A stretch of 64,000 nucleotides of DNA from Synechococcus sp. (lineage in GTDB: Bacteria; Cyanobacteriota; Cyanobacteriia; PCC-6307; Cyanobiaceae): contig JBJBDL010000003.1 of NCBI GenBank assembly GCA_047285305.1, positions 1,760,001-1,824,000 of the forward strand, written 5' to 3'. Shown one piece after another: positions 49,226-59,438 of the stretch. Under the pieces are notes generated by a model, which saw nothing but the letters and a program-made list of their open reading frames with translations, did not search any database and was not told where the DNA came from. Position 1 is the stretch's first letter. Each line of letters opens with the position of its first letter. The translations under genes were made by a program, and so were the position numbers.

Positions 49226-50227
49226 TCAGCCTGCAGTGAGTTGAGCGAGGGGCTGAATGCTGAGGGTGATAACCACACTCACCACAACACCAACGGCGGC
49301 TTTCCAGAGATCCGTGCCGATGACCTTGGCCAAACTGCCCCCCTCCCTGTTGGTGAACACGACGTCTGATGTGTGTTGCTTGATCCGCAAGGCCAATTCA
49401 CGGCTACCGATCAAGCCCAGAAACACCCAAGTGGTGCTGATGGGGAAGCTGGAGAGGAAGGCCTTGTAGAGCAGGCAAAGACCGAACAACAGATCGATCA
49501 GCGTGGCCGAGCGCAAATCAGAACTGTTGGTCTTTGTGCGTAGCACAGCCTGGATCGGCCCACCCCCGGTGGCCACCAGTACACAAAGGCCCGCGCAGAG
49601 CACCAGCGTGCAGATAAGCATCGAAACGATGTCCAACTGGCGCGGCAGGAACACGAAAATGTTGGCTAGATCCTGCACCAGCCACATGCACCAGAGAAAG
49701 CCTGTGGAGAACCACTGCAGGCCGTACCAGACCTTGCTGGGGTCTTTGCCGTCCTGGGAATGACAGAACACCCAGCGCTCCAGCGACCACAACCCCAGGC
49801 CATAGGCCGCCAGACCCACGACGAAGGCGAGGCCATACCCCGTCAGCGAGCTGCTGAGCAACGTGCCGATGTTGGCCGGCATGAACGATGATAAAACCAG
49901 AAACGAGGTGCTCACCGGGGCTCCCCACTGGGTCAAGGCCACAACAGCGAGCGGTGGAAGCACGTAGACCCAGGTGAACGGCTCGGGCCAAGGAAAATCC
50001 TTGCCAGGCACACTGAGGCGGCCCCAGGTGGGATCACCGTTGTTGAGGAACCAGCCCAACAACAGCACTCCACAGGTCACCGTGCAGATGAACAGCATCT
50101 GCATCGGCTTCGGCGTGCGTTTCCGGTTGGAGGAGAGATAGGTGCCGAGGGTCTGGAGCGAGTCGTTCGACACCACGGAATAGGCCGCCAGCAGGAATCC
50201 GACGAGCATCCAGATGCTGACGTCCAT
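49226..50227 (-). CDS. Multi-pass membrane protein, possibly PiT-like
   Basis: Many TM segments. Internal repeat ND/QD.AN with GAPVSTS and PISTT. Confidence 0.7.
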   Translation of the reverse strand: MDVSIWMLVGFLLAAYSVVSNDSLQTLGTYLSSNRKRTPKPMQMLFICTVTCGVLLLGWFLNNGDPTWGRLSVPGKDFPWPEPFTWVYVLPPLAVVALTQWGAPVSTSFLVLSSFMPANIGTLLSSSLTGYGLAFVVGLAAYGLGLWSLERWVFCHSQDGKDPSKVWYGLQWFSTGFLWCMWLVQDLANIFVFLPRQLDIVSMLICTLVLCAGLCVLVATGGGPIQAVLRTKTNSSDLRSATLIDLLFGLCLLYKAFLSSFPISTTWVFLGLIGSRELALRIKQHTSDVVFTNREGGSLAKVIGTDLWKAAVGVVVSVVITLSIQPLAQLTAG

Positions 50228-50631
50228 GAATCCGATCAAGCCGATGGTTTGCCTTTCTTGTAAAAGATCTGGGAGGAACGTCGGTGCTCCAGGCCACTCG
50301 GACCTGTCGTGATCGAGGAATGTTGTGTGGTCGACGGTGATGCACCACCGGAGCGATTCGACCACAAACGTACGTTGATGGACGAATCGGTGTTTAGGGA
50401 TACGCACCCAAATGTCTTAAGAACGAACGGATTTGACCTCAGGACCAGCCGAAGCCAAATCGCAGTTCCCGTCGGGCATCGCTCGGCCCGGCTTCCAAGC
50501 CCTTAGCGGCTTGACTCACGCATCATGAGCCGAAAAGACCGAGATTGCAGGACGATCGGCGACGATTTTTCGACATTCACAAATTCCGTTCGAGACCGAA
50601 TTTGGGACTGCTGCACGTCAAGGCTTGTCCA

Positions 50632-51132
50632 TCAATTCACCACCTTCAGGCTGCGAATCCCAGTTGCCTTGACCCAACTGGCGAGCGCATCGATATCAGC
50701 TCGCTCGGGAATGCAGATGCAACCCGTGCCTGGATAACAGCGGTGGATGCCCAGAGCACTTCGGGTGGTGTCGAAGCGAGGGGTGAGGTCAAACCACAGA
50801 TCATTCCCCCACGGTTCTGGACGCCCCAGGCTGTACTGACCAGCGGGCAAAGGGGCTGCATTGCCGGGGCTCCAGCGGCGATCAGCACTCTGGCGCAGGG
50901 CCACACCACTGGCCGCTGGCCAGCTGGCCAGCAAGCGCGGGCCGCGATGCAGTTCAACCTTCCAGATGCGGTTGCCGTCCGGGAACAGCTCGGCCGTACG
51001 ACGGGTGCTGAGCTGCAGTGGACCGCCCTGCAGTAGCGCTGTTGTTGGCCCCTTTTGCCCAAGGAGATCAGCGGCCGTTGCAGCAACGCAGCTGCCCAGC
51101 AGCGCAGGCACCAGAAGAGCGTGGCGCAGCAT
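50632..51132 (-). CDS. Hypothetical exported protein
   Basis: Signal peptide, APLPAGQY and RSALGIH...GTGCI (L,D-transpeptidase-like HxnGC, by inference). Confidence 0.6.
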   Translation of the reverse strand: MLRHALLVPALLGSCVAATAADLLGQKGPTTALLQGGPLQLSTRRTAELFPDGNRIWKVELHRGPRLLASWPAASGVALRQSADRRWSPGNAAPLPAGQYSLGRPEPWGNDLWFDLTPRFDTTRSALGIHRCYPGTGCICIPERADIDALASWVKATGIRSLKVVN

Positions 51133-51196
51133 CAGGATCGTCACGAACGGTGCACCCACTTTGGGGCTGCCACGATGGCCTACAGCAGACCAAGCC

Positions 51197-51913
51197 TTGG
51201 TGGACGTTCTCGATCTGTTTCCCCGCTCCATCCTTCGGGGCACCCTTCCGGATCCTCTGCTCCAACAGCTGACTGGGCTGAGCGAAAGCGTGCTGGCCCA
51301 TCCTGAGTCCAGCCCCGATGCGTCAGCAAAGCTGGCGGGTCAATTGCGTCAGCAGCGCGAACTGAGGCCTGATCAACCCGGCGTGCAGGAGCTCAGCAAC
51401 AACCACCTGCTGCCGGCCTGTGATCGCTGGATCCGCCATGTGATGGACCGTCAGCCTCCCCAGGTTCGCGGCCCCTGGGTTCCCGGTCGCTACCGCCTGC
51501 AGATGATTGATCTCTGGCTCAATTGCCAGACCGCCGGTGACTACAACCCCACCCACACCCATGGCGGCAGCTTCTCCGGAGTGATCTTTCTGAAGGTGCC
51601 ACCGCAGATCAACGCCAACAGTTTTGATGGCCAACTCTGCTTCCACGGCCCGGAAGACTGGCACATTCAGTCGTTCCGGACCGGCATGGCGCACTACGTG
51701 CTGCCTGTACCCGGTGAGTTTTATGTCTTCCCGGCCTGGCAACCCCATTCGGTGATGCCCTTCCGCGGGGACGGAGAACGCTGGTCGCTGGCATTCAATG
51801 TGGTGGCGGCCCCCGGTGTTCCACCCACAGCGATGCAGCAGCCCGCCCCCCAGCAACAACCCCTGGGCAACGTCTCGCTCTCGAGTCAGCGACCCACGGC
51901 CAAAGGATTCTGA
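51197..51913 (+). CDS. Putative 2OG-Fe(II) oxygenase
   Basis: WLN, YNPTHTH, SGVIFL, VFPAWQPHSV and RWSLAFN. Confidence 0.85.
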   Translation: MVDVLDLFPRSILRGTLPDPLLQQLTGLSESVLAHPESSPDASAKLAGQLRQQRELRPDQPGVQELSNNHLLPACDRWIRHVMDRQPPQVRGPWVPGRYRLQMIDLWLNCQTAGDYNPTHTHGGSFSGVIFLKVPPQINANSFDGQLCFHGPEDWHIQSFRTGMAHYVLPVPGEFYVFPAWQPHSVMPFRGDGERWSLAFNVVAAPGVPPTAMQQPAPQQQPLGNVSLSSQRPTAKGF

Positions 51914-51955
51914 GAAGAACTGTCAGAGTCTTCCGATTGCATCTGTTCAGGATTC

Positions 51956-52207
51956 ATGGGTGACTCCGAGCCGCTCCAGCAGGCCAAAGCGATCGCATCG
52001 GCGCTGGAGCAGTTGGCCGACCAGCTGCGCCCTGAGGTGATTCGTGCAGCACGACTGGATGACGACGGGCGCAGCGATCTCGACCGGATCGAATACGCCC
52101 TCGGGACCATCGGCAAGGCCTTGATCCTGACGGACTATTCCATCGACGAAGAAAAGGACATAGACAAACTCAAGGCCTTCCGCGAATCGCAGAAGGGCAT
52201 GGGCTGA
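51956..52207 (+). CDS. Small hypothetical protein
   Basis: 83-aa ORF with typical codon usage. Confidence 0.7.
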   Translation: MGDSEPLQQAKAIASALEQLADQLRPEVIRAARLDDDGRSDLDRIEYALGTIGKALILTDYSIDEEKDIDKLKAFRESQKGMG

Positions 52208-52209
52208 AT

Positions 52210-52971
52210 TCAGACGCTGCTCCAGCGCAGCACCCGGTGCTGAACGGCTCCATCAGGCCTCAGGTCGAGCAGCCTGCCCCCCGGATCATCGGCGCGACCC
52301 AGGGGGCAGGGCTGCACCGCTTTGAAACTGCAGAGTGTCGATGGGCATCCGAGCAGCAGCACGTCAGGCCTAGTGGCCCAGGCCCCCTGCCAATGCTGAT
52401 GGATGTGTCCAAACAGCACCGCCCGCAGGGCCCGATGGGGACGCAACAGCTCCTCAAGACCTAACTGATCGAGGAGCCTGATCGCGTCCATGCCGGCATC
52501 ACCGATGGCGATCGGTGGATGGTGAAGAGCGACCACCAGGGGCAGATCCCGGCGCTCCGAGCACTGCAGGCGCTGCGCCAGCCACTGGAGCTGAAGCGAG
52601 CCAAGGGCACCGGCAGCTGAGCCCACCCGATGGCTGCTCAGCAGCAGCACTCTCACGCCTTGCACCAACAGATCAGCTGGAGCCGTCGTCCAGCGTCTCC
52701 CCAGCACCGCATCGAGCAGCAGCGGGTGATCGTGGTTGCCGGGCAGCAGAGCCACCGAGCAGCGCACGTGTTGGCTCAGGGCTCGCCGCAGCCGGGCATA
52801 GCCACCCCAGCTTTCGTCCTGGCAAAGGTCCCCCGTCACCAGCACCAGATCGGGGTTCAAGGCCCCACCAAGCTGGAGAGCTCGCTCGAAGTGAGCTAGG
52901 GCAGGCTGGCCGCGCACCATCCCCTGATCAGCGGCCACAAGGTGTGGATCACTGAGTTGAAGAATCCTCAT
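52210..52971 (-). CDS. CpdA/Icc-like metallophosphoesterase
   Basis: QLSDPH, TGDL, PGNHD, HHPP, GHIH and CPST. Confidence 0.9.
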   Translation of the reverse strand: MRILQLSDPHLVAADQGMVRGQPALAHFERALQLGGALNPDLVLVTGDLCQDESWGGYARLRRALSQHVRCSVALLPGNHDHPLLLDAVLGRRWTTAPADLLVQGVRVLLLSSHRVGSAAGALGSLQLQWLAQRLQCSERRDLPLVVALHHPPIAIGDAGMDAIRLLDQLGLEELLRPHRALRAVLFGHIHQHWQGAWATRPDVLLLGCPSTLCSFKAVQPCPLGRADDPGGRLLDLRPDGAVQHRVLRWSSV

Positions 52972-53182
52972 CGCTCTCAGGAATGGACTGCCAGCCGCTG
53001 CTCCAGCGGGTTGGATCCTTGAGCTCACTCCAGAGCACCCGCTCGCGATGCGACGGAGCCAGCACAGCTGCCAACTCAACCCATCGCAGCGGACCACGCC
53101 CGCCTTGCGTGATCAGCTCGAAATGGCGGTAACCGGCCACCGGGCGCTGGCTGGTCCAGGCCCGGGCAGGACGCCAGGCCAT
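52949..53182 (-). CDS. Trp-rich small protein (TIGR02450-like)
   Basis: [11 protein letters not shown]...[14 protein letters not shown]. Confidence 0.8.
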   Translation of the reverse strand: MAWRPARAWTSQRPVAGYRHFELITQGGRGPLRWVELAAVLAPSHRERVLWSELKDPTRWSSGWQSIPESDEDSSTQ

Positions 53183-53448
53183 CAGCTGGCTACGAACACC
53201 TGACTCACGGTGCTCTCAATCACGTGCCCCGAAGCCGCGATCATGTCGGTGTTGTCGGCGATGAATTGCTCCATCACCCCGGGAGCGGCTTGCATCACCG
53301 CGCAAACCTTACTGGGGTCGTCCTTGCTGACACCCCGGTAGAGCGAGGTGATGCCAGCAATTTTCTGAAGCGGCAGGGATGCGTCGTAGGTGGCGACCCA
53401 TTCGGCAAATGACTTGGTGATGGTGAAGGTGAGGACGTGGGTTTCCAT
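53182..53448 (-). CDS. DUF3764-like protein
   Basis: METHVLTFTITKSFAEW...LYRGVSKDDPSKV...SGHVIEST. Confidence 0.7.
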   Translation of the reverse strand: METHVLTFTITKSFAEWVATYDASLPLQKIAGITSLYRGVSKDDPSKVCAVMQAAPGVMEQFIADNTDMIAASGHVIESTVSQVFVAS

Positions 53449-53594
53449 CGACCAGAACAACAGCGTCGGCGGACGCTATCACCAACTTCCATCGTCCTCA
53501 TCGGCAACCGATGGGATCCGACGGGGGGCCTGATCCTGAGGGCGAGACAGCACTCTCATTAAGGCCTACTCTTGAGAATGAGCGAGGAGAAACC

Positions 53595-54050
53595 GTGACA
53601 TCGTCCTCCGCGCCTGCCGCTACGGACATCACCCTGCAGCAGGGGCTGCATCAGGACGGGCGCCGTCTGACCCCGCAACGCAAACGGGTTCTTGAGCTGT
53701 TCGAGCGCTGTGGGTCCGGCTGCCACCTCAGTGCCGAAGAGGTGCACCAGCAGCTGGCGGCACTTGAGATGAAGGTGTCTCTGGCAACGGTGTATCGCAC
53801 CCTGCGCCTGCTGGCCGATATGGGTCTGCTCCAGGAACTGGAGCTCAGTGAAGGGGGTCGACGCTTCGAGCTTGCCGTTGACGATCACCGCCAACATCAC
53901 CATGTGGTGTGCATCCGCTGCGGCCGCACCGAGGAATTCGAAAGCGAACCCGTGCTGGCAGCAGGAGCTGCTGCCGCCGCCCATGTTGGTTTTCAGTTAA
54001 TTGAATCGAGCCTGAACGTGCGTGCAATCTGCCCCAAATGTCAGGGATAG
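53595..54050 (+). CDS. Fur-family transcriptional regulator
   Basis: RLTPQR, HLSAEEV, SLATVYRTL, HHHVVCIRCG and CPKC. GTG start after a GAGGAG ribosome-binding site. Confidence 0.92.
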   Translation: MTSSSAPAATDITLQQGLHQDGRRLTPQRKRVLELFERCGSGCHLSAEEVHQQLAALEMKVSLATVYRTLRLLADMGLLQELELSEGGRRFELAVDDHRQHHHVVCIRCGRTEEFESEPVLAAGAAAAAHVGFQLIESSLNVRAICPKCQG

Positions 54051-54065
54051 ATCGCAACACCTGAA

Positions 54066-54266
54066 TCATTCGGCGCGAAATTCATTGTCGTAGAGATCAG
54101 CCACCAGAAGCTCAATCAGCTGAACGGACACCAGTTCCTTTTCGCGTCTCAAGGTGTTCAGCAAGATCTGAACCTGGCGGTGATGCATCAATGACACTTC
54201 ACCCATCTCCAACCATCGGGCACTTAGCAGGGTTTGAAGACGTTGGCGTGGCGACGATGGTGACAT
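54066..54266 (-). CDS. Small hypothetical protein
   Basis: 66-aa ORF from MSPSSP. Confidence 0.4.
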   Translation of the reverse strand: MSPSSPRQRLQTLLSARWLEMGEVSLMHHRQVQILLNTLRREKELVSVQLIELLVADLYDNEFRAE

Positions 54267-54370
54267 CAGATGCGCCCTGTTTCGCACACTGAAGCCAGCA
54301 GCACAGCCACTGAAAAGGTGTGAGCAACAGAAGTCTTCCGAAGCTTTTGTGAAGCGGACGCGCGGGCTGC

Positions 54371-54766
54371 TTACTGAGGATGCTCGTTGCAGGGCATCCA
54401 GTAGCGATCTCCCATGCGATGCACACCCTCGCAACCCAATTGGCGCGCCTGTTCCTCCGCCTCTTCGCGACTGGGATAGGCCAGATAGCGGGGATTGGTG
54501 GTGGAGCGGATCTGAATCAAGCCCATGCTCATCGGGCCGGCGGTGATCACCCCCATGGTGTTGACACCAACCGCCACCAATCCCATCCCGACGATGGCGG
54601 CATTGATTACGCCCATCGCCACTACACCAATCGAGACCACACCCATCGGCACCACACCGATGCAGATCACCCCCATCGGCACGATGCCGATGGAGATAGT
54701 GCCTAGGGGAGCCACGCCGATCGCGATCCGCTTCGGCTTGCTGCCGCAATGCCCTCCTTCAGTCAT
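54371..54766 (-). CDS. Gly-periodic repeat protein with a C-terminal DUF3721-like domain
   Basis: Near-regular GxxxxG repeats, then AEEQARQLGCEGVHRMGDRYWMPC. Confidence 0.75.
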   Translation of the reverse strand: MTEGGHCGSKPKRIAIGVAPLGTISIGIVPMGVICIGVVPMGVVSIGVVAMGVINAAIVGMGLVAVGVNTMGVITAGPMSMGLIQIRSTTNPRYLAYPSREEAEEQARQLGCEGVHRMGDRYWMPCNEHPQ

Positions 54767-54769
54767 GAA

Positions 54770-54985
54770 TCAGCGAGCCCCGTGATGACCTGCATCACCG
54801 TGCTTGTCGCAGACCATCCACATCTCGCCCATCTGGTGAGACCCCGTGCAGCCAAAACCTGGGGCCGCAGCCTCAGCTTCGGCCTGCGTTTTGAACATCG
54901 CCTGCTTGGGCTTGCCGTGGGATCCGGCCATGGCCGTTGTTGCCGTGAGCATCAACGCTGCGACAGCAAAACAGATGCGTTGCAC
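54770..54985 (-). CDS. Exported DUF3721-like small protein
   Basis: Signal peptide followed by AEAAAPGFGCTGSHQMGEMWMVC and a His-containing tail. Confidence 0.75.
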   Translation of the reverse strand: MQRICFAVAALMLTATTAMAGSHGKPKQAMFKTQAEAEAAAPGFGCTGSHQMGEMWMVCDKHGDAGHHGAR

Positions 54986-55032
54986 GGGATGGGCTCTTCA
55001 CAGATCCACCCACTATGCCCACAACGCGCCGA

Positions 55033-55986
55033 TCAGCCCTGAAGTGCGCCGCCACAACTTGAGCCGGCGCCAGCGGTGCAGCCAAAACAATGCGGGGCCG
55101 TGTGGATGGGCTGATCCAGCGGAACGGCCTCAATGCGGATCAGATCGCGTAGGTGACGAATCTGCCCGGGGCAGGGCAGGCCGAGCTGCTGATTGAAATC
55201 ACAGTCGTAGAGATGGCCCTGCCAATCGACACTGATCAGCTGACGGCACATCACAGCCCCCAGATTGTCCGGATTGTGCGAATCCTCGAGAAGGGCCTGA
55301 TAGCGCTGCAAGTCGCCACTGCGTTCCAGTTGCTTGGCGAAACGTTGGATGGGCATGTTTGCCAACGTGAGCAGACGATCGAAACGAATCCCCAACCCGC
55401 CCAACACGTTCTTGTAATCAGCCTCCAAGGCTTGCTGGGGAGGAGGCAGAACCGGACCCAGCGGGTTGTAAACGAGATCCAGCTGCCGGTTTGGATCACC
55501 CGTTCCGTAGCCCAGTGCATTGAGCTGGCGCAATCCAATGATGCTGCGCGCAAACACGCCATCGCCCCTCTGTTCGTCAACGTTCTCGGCGCTGTAACAG
55601 GGCAAGGAGGCGGTGATGCAAACGTCCTGCTCCGCCAGGAATTCAGCCAGATCGTCCTGGCCGGGTTCACTGAGGATCGTGAGATTGCAGCGGTCAATCA
55701 CGGAGGTTCCGCGTGAGCGTGCCTGGCGCACCAAAGCGCGAAAACCCGGGTGCAACTCCGGTGCTCCCCCCGTGAGATCGAGGCAGGAGATGGAATGCCG
55801 TTCAAGGATCTGCGGAATCAACGCAAGCAGATCCGCACTCATCATCTCGATGCGGGTGGGCCCTGCATTGACATGGCAGTGGGCACAGCTCTGATTGCAG
55901 CGGTAGCCGAGATTGACCTGCAATGTTGTGAGCTGTCCGCGCTTCAGGGGCGGGAAAACGGTCTCACCAACAGCCACCGGCTCCAT
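55033..55986 (-). CDS. arsS: ArsS-family radical SAM protein (DUF3641)
   Basis: CNQSCAHCHV, DLTGGAPELHP, VMCR, YDCDFNQ and HCFGCTAGAGSSCGG. Confidence 0.8.
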   Translation of the reverse strand: MEPVAVGETVFPPLKRGQLTTLQVNLGYRCNQSCAHCHVNAGPTRIEMMSADLLALIPQILERHSISCLDLTGGAPELHPGFRALVRQARSRGTSVIDRCNLTILSEPGQDDLAEFLAEQDVCITASLPCYSAENVDEQRGDGVFARSIIGLRQLNALGYGTGDPNRQLDLVYNPLGPVLPPPQQALEADYKNVLGGLGIRFDRLLTLANMPIQRFAKQLERSGDLQRYQALLEDSHNPDNLGAVMCRQLISVDWQGHLYDCDFNQQLGLPCPGQIRHLRDLIRIEAVPLDQPIHTAPHCFGCTAGAGSSCGGALQG

Positions 55987-56061
55987 GCGGATGAGGCTGA
56001 TTCTTCCAGACGGAACATGTCCTGGCGAGAGAAACGGATGCTCCCGCTGGTGCGCAGCTGA

Positions 56062-57270
56062 TCAACCCACCCGGCGACGCTCAGAAAGCTGACGGAACCA
56101 GGCGATGTACTGCTCCGGGCCATCGGGCATGAGCGCGTCAATCCGCAGGGGATCCTCCGGATCGGTGATGCCCTGCAAGCTGCCATCGGCATGGCTGGGG
56201 CGATCCACTTCTCCATGGCTGCTGTCAACAAGAACAACGCGATTGGATCGACCGCACCAGGAACCGAGGTCCTGCATCAGGTTGAGGAAACCGCGATCAC
56301 TCCCACCCCGCAACCAGCCCGTGCCATCAGCCGATACCGTTGATGTGACCGTATCCCCCACACCCACCAGCAACGGCATCCATTCCGCGGGGATGCGCTG
56401 CTGCACCAACGCCAACAGTGCTTCGGGATCGTGGGGTGCCGTTCGCACATTGAACGTCTCACCCAAGGGAGATTCACCCCAACGGCGCTGGATGTGCTGA
56501 TTGAGCAGCACCAGAAGGCCGGCCTCCTTGATGGAGCCGGTGAGCATGAATTGAATGTCGGTAGTTCCCACATCACCTGCAGCAGCGGGCTTGATCCGTT
56601 CCTGACCTTGCTCATCACGGCCCAGGTTGGGAGCAACATGCAGGAAGAACGATTCCTTCAGGCCCTGGTCGGCAGCCTCAGCAAGCAACTGATGCATCAA
56701 CTCCGAGAGCATCGTCTGCAGGGCCTGCTGAGTGGTGACATCAGCGGGGACAAGTTCAAAAATCCCGTTGAGATTGATGGTGGGTGACACCTGGGTGTCC
56801 AACACCGCGGCTTTGGCCGCCTCGGCCAGATCATCCACACCCACCTGCGGCAGCAGGCCCGGCAATCTCTCCATCAGGAGAGCTTCCATTCGTGTAGGGG
56901 CTGCAGCGAGAAAAGTCATTTCCGCCGGCGATACACCGGGGTGGCTCAGGTCGCCAAAGCGATCCTGCAGCTGCACCCCTCCAGCCGCCAGGCCTGGCAG
57001 ATAACGACCCTCACGTCTGGGGAGATCGGAATCCCCCAGGGCCTGCTCCACAAGGCGGTTCACCCCGCGCCGCCCTTCGTGCTCACCGTTGGTCAACACA
57101 GCGAATTCACCATCCAGAGCGGCGACCGCATCGACATAGGACGGGTCCATGCGCCGCGTCAGTGGATCCTTCACCAGTTGCATGCAGACGCCGTCCAAGT
57201 CCTGCACGATCAGCAGATTTTCAGCACCGGTGAGCTCCTGCAGCAACTGATCGGGCGTCAAACTGGGCAT
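56062..57270 (-). CDS. stpA: Glucosylglycerol-phosphate phosphatase
   Basis: IVQDLDGVCM.LVKDPLTR, LTNGEHEG, GVGDTVTS and RGGSDRGFL. Confidence 0.88.
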   Translation of the reverse strand: MPSLTPDQLLQELTGAENLLIVQDLDGVCMQLVKDPLTRRMDPSYVDAVAALDGEFAVLTNGEHEGRRGVNRLVEQALGDSDLPRREGRYLPGLAAGGVQLQDRFGDLSHPGVSPAEMTFLAAAPTRMEALLMERLPGLLPQVGVDDLAEAAKAAVLDTQVSPTINLNGIFELVPADVTTQQALQTMLSELMHQLLAEAADQGLKESFFLHVAPNLGRDEQGQERIKPAAAGDVGTTDIQFMLTGSIKEAGLLVLLNQHIQRRWGESPLGETFNVRTAPHDPEALLALVQQRIPAEWMPLLVGVGDTVTSTVSADGTGWLRGGSDRGFLNLMQDLGSWCGRSNRVVLVDSSHGEVDRPSHADGSLQGITDPEDPLRIDALMPDGPEQYIAWFRQLSERRRVG

Positions 57271-57450
57271 TGAAGTTCAGGTAGGTCGCTGCAGCCGACG
57301 GAACAGCGGAGCACTTTCATCGCGCAACTCCTTAGTGCCAAACCCGTAAGAAGTCCAGTGGGGGGGAGGCAGTCAGAAACACGGATTACAAGCGAAACAC
57401 CGCAGCCAAGCCATCCGGCCAGCGATCATGACGGCCTCGATGCTCCTGCC

Positions 57451-58755
57451 ATGCACCCCACCTGGACCGAACAGTGGTGGCCGATCAGCTATGTGCAGGA
57501 CCTCGACCCCAAACAGCCGAGCCGGTTCACACTGCTTGAGCGGGATCTGGTGATCTGGTGGGATCGCGCCGCATCGAGCTGGCGGGTCTTCCCGGACGTC
57601 TGTCCCCATCGTTTGGTGCCCCTCAGCGAAGGGCGGATCAACGAGGAAGGGCTGCTGGAATGCCCTTATCACGGCTGGAGTTTCGACGGCGGCGGCCAGT
57701 GCCAGCGTGTACCGCAGGCTCTTGAGAACACCCAGCCCAACAACCCTCGGTCCCGCTGCGCCAGCCTTCCCACAGCCACTGGGCAGGGGCTGCTGTTCGT
57801 CTGGATGGGGGCCCCCGATGCCGCAGAACCCAGTCAGCTCCCCCTGGTGCCAGCCCTGGAGGACAACCCCGACAGCTGGACGGTGCAAGACACCTTCCGG
57901 GATCTGCCGATGGATGCCGTGACCCTGCTGGAAAACGTACTGGATGTGAGCCACGTTCCCTTCACCCACCACAAGACCGTCGGCAAACGGGAGAACGCCG
58001 CGCCGGTGGAAGCTTCAATCACGGGGGAACACGCCATCGGCTTTACGGCCTACTGGGAGGAGGGGCCGCGTCGGGGCAAACTCGGCGCCCAATCCACCAC
58101 CTTTCATGCCCCTCAGCTGATGTGGCATGACCTCACCGCCAAGGGCTTCGGGCGAATTCTCACAGTGGTTTACGCCGTTCCGATTCGCCGCGGCGAGTGC
58201 CGCCTCTTCGCCCGCTTCCCCTTTCAGTTCCAATCCGCCATCCCCCGGCTGCTGATCGGATTAAGGCCCCGCTGGTTGCAACACATCGGCAATCACAAGG
58301 TGCTGGAAGACGATCAGGTGTTCCTGCACTGGCAGGAGCGGGTGCTGGAGCGAGCCGGCGGTAGCCCCGCCGTGGAACGCAGTTTTTTCATGCCCACAAA
58401 GGCAGACGTCTACGTGGCGGCTCTACATCGCTGGTTGAACGCCAACGGCGGCGAGCCCTTTGCAGGACAACCGCTACCTCCGCGGCAAAGCATTACGGCG
58501 CTGATGGATCGATACAACAGCCACACCATCCATTGCCGCAGCTGCTCGTCGGCGCTGAGGCGGATTCGTTCGGCACGCCCCTGGGCCTGGGCTCTGCTCT
58601 GGGGGTCCGCCGTGCTTGTGGGCATTCAGCAGGGCAGCGGCTGGAGCAGCACCGGCTTGGTCACCGCCGCACTGTCGGCACTAGCACTGCGGCAACTCAA
58701 CCGCTGGGAGCAGGGGCTGACCATTGGCAGCGGCGAGGCCCCCCGCAACCACTGA
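57451..58755 (+). CDS. Rieske [2Fe-2S] oxygenase, pheophorbide a oxygenase/Lls1 family
   Basis: CPHR...CPYHGW, ENVLDVSHVPFTH and the C-terminal HTIHCRSC. Confidence 0.9.
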   Translation: MHPTWTEQWWPISYVQDLDPKQPSRFTLLERDLVIWWDRAASSWRVFPDVCPHRLVPLSEGRINEEGLLECPYHGWSFDGGGQCQRVPQALENTQPNNPRSRCASLPTATGQGLLFVWMGAPDAAEPSQLPLVPALEDNPDSWTVQDTFRDLPMDAVTLLENVLDVSHVPFTHHKTVGKRENAAPVEASITGEHAIGFTAYWEEGPRRGKLGAQSTTFHAPQLMWHDLTAKGFGRILTVVYAVPIRRGECRLFARFPFQFQSAIPRLLIGLRPRWLQHIGNHKVLEDDQVFLHWQERVLERAGGSPAVERSFFMPTKADVYVAALHRWLNANGGEPFAGQPLPPRQSITALMDRYNSHTIHCRSCSSALRRIRSARPWAWALLWGSAVLVGIQQGSGWSSTGLVTAALSALALRQLNRWEQGLTIGSGEAPRNH

Positions 58756-59177
58756 TCAGTACACCAGCACAGGAAGCAAGGTCGGCTTCACCTTGCCCTG
58801 GATATCGACCTTGCCGCCAATGGTGACTTTGTTGTCGACAGACACGTCTGCCCGTCCCTCAATCGGGACTTCAGCTGTGACGGACACAGCTCCTTCAACC
58901 GCCAGAGGTGCATTTCTGCTGATGGTCACAGGGCCTTCAATCGCCAGGGGCGCAGCGCCACCGATGGTGACCTGCTCCTGCACCACGACCGGCAAAGGGG
59001 TGTTGGCGGATGGTGACACCGGGCGGAAGCACCAAACTTGTCGACCTGCAATCCGCCCTTAATCGCGATGGGGATGGGCCGACTCAACAGCTTGGCGGCC
59101 GTGACCGCCAGAAGCAGGCTGGACAACACAACCGCCGCAGGCCAGCGGTACGTCATCAACAGATCACGGCTAGTCAC
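58756..59177 (-). pseudogene. Frameshifted gene for an exported Val-rich repeat protein
   Basis: The signal-bearing N-terminus and the Val-rich C-terminus lie in different frames, joined by two apparent indels near 59005-59040. Confidence 0.6.
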
Positions 59178-59438
59178 AAGCCTCTGGGCAATGGTGTGAG
59201 CGCATCACAGCGTGTTTGAACCGGTCCTGCCCGTGATGACACCCGCACAGCCACATCAGGCCGCTATCGCCCAGATGCTTTTGCTTGCACGCCGACGCAA
59301 AAGATTGACACGTCACATTTCCAGCACAACTTGATCCCCATCAATGCGTCCAACATTGCCATCAAACCCGACCAGAGTTTGCACCACGCAACGACACTGA
59401 TTGATGGCAATAGATAGCATGGAGAAAGTCAAAAGTCA

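Noticed and set aside
54520..54725. CRISPR-like or VNTR array
   Set aside because: The 15/30-bp periodicity is explained by the Gly-periodic coding repeat. There are no unique spacers and no cas genes.
55033..55065. Selenocysteine recoding in the ArsS-like C-terminus
   Set aside because: The motif is SSCGG with a normal Cys codon and no in-frame TGA.
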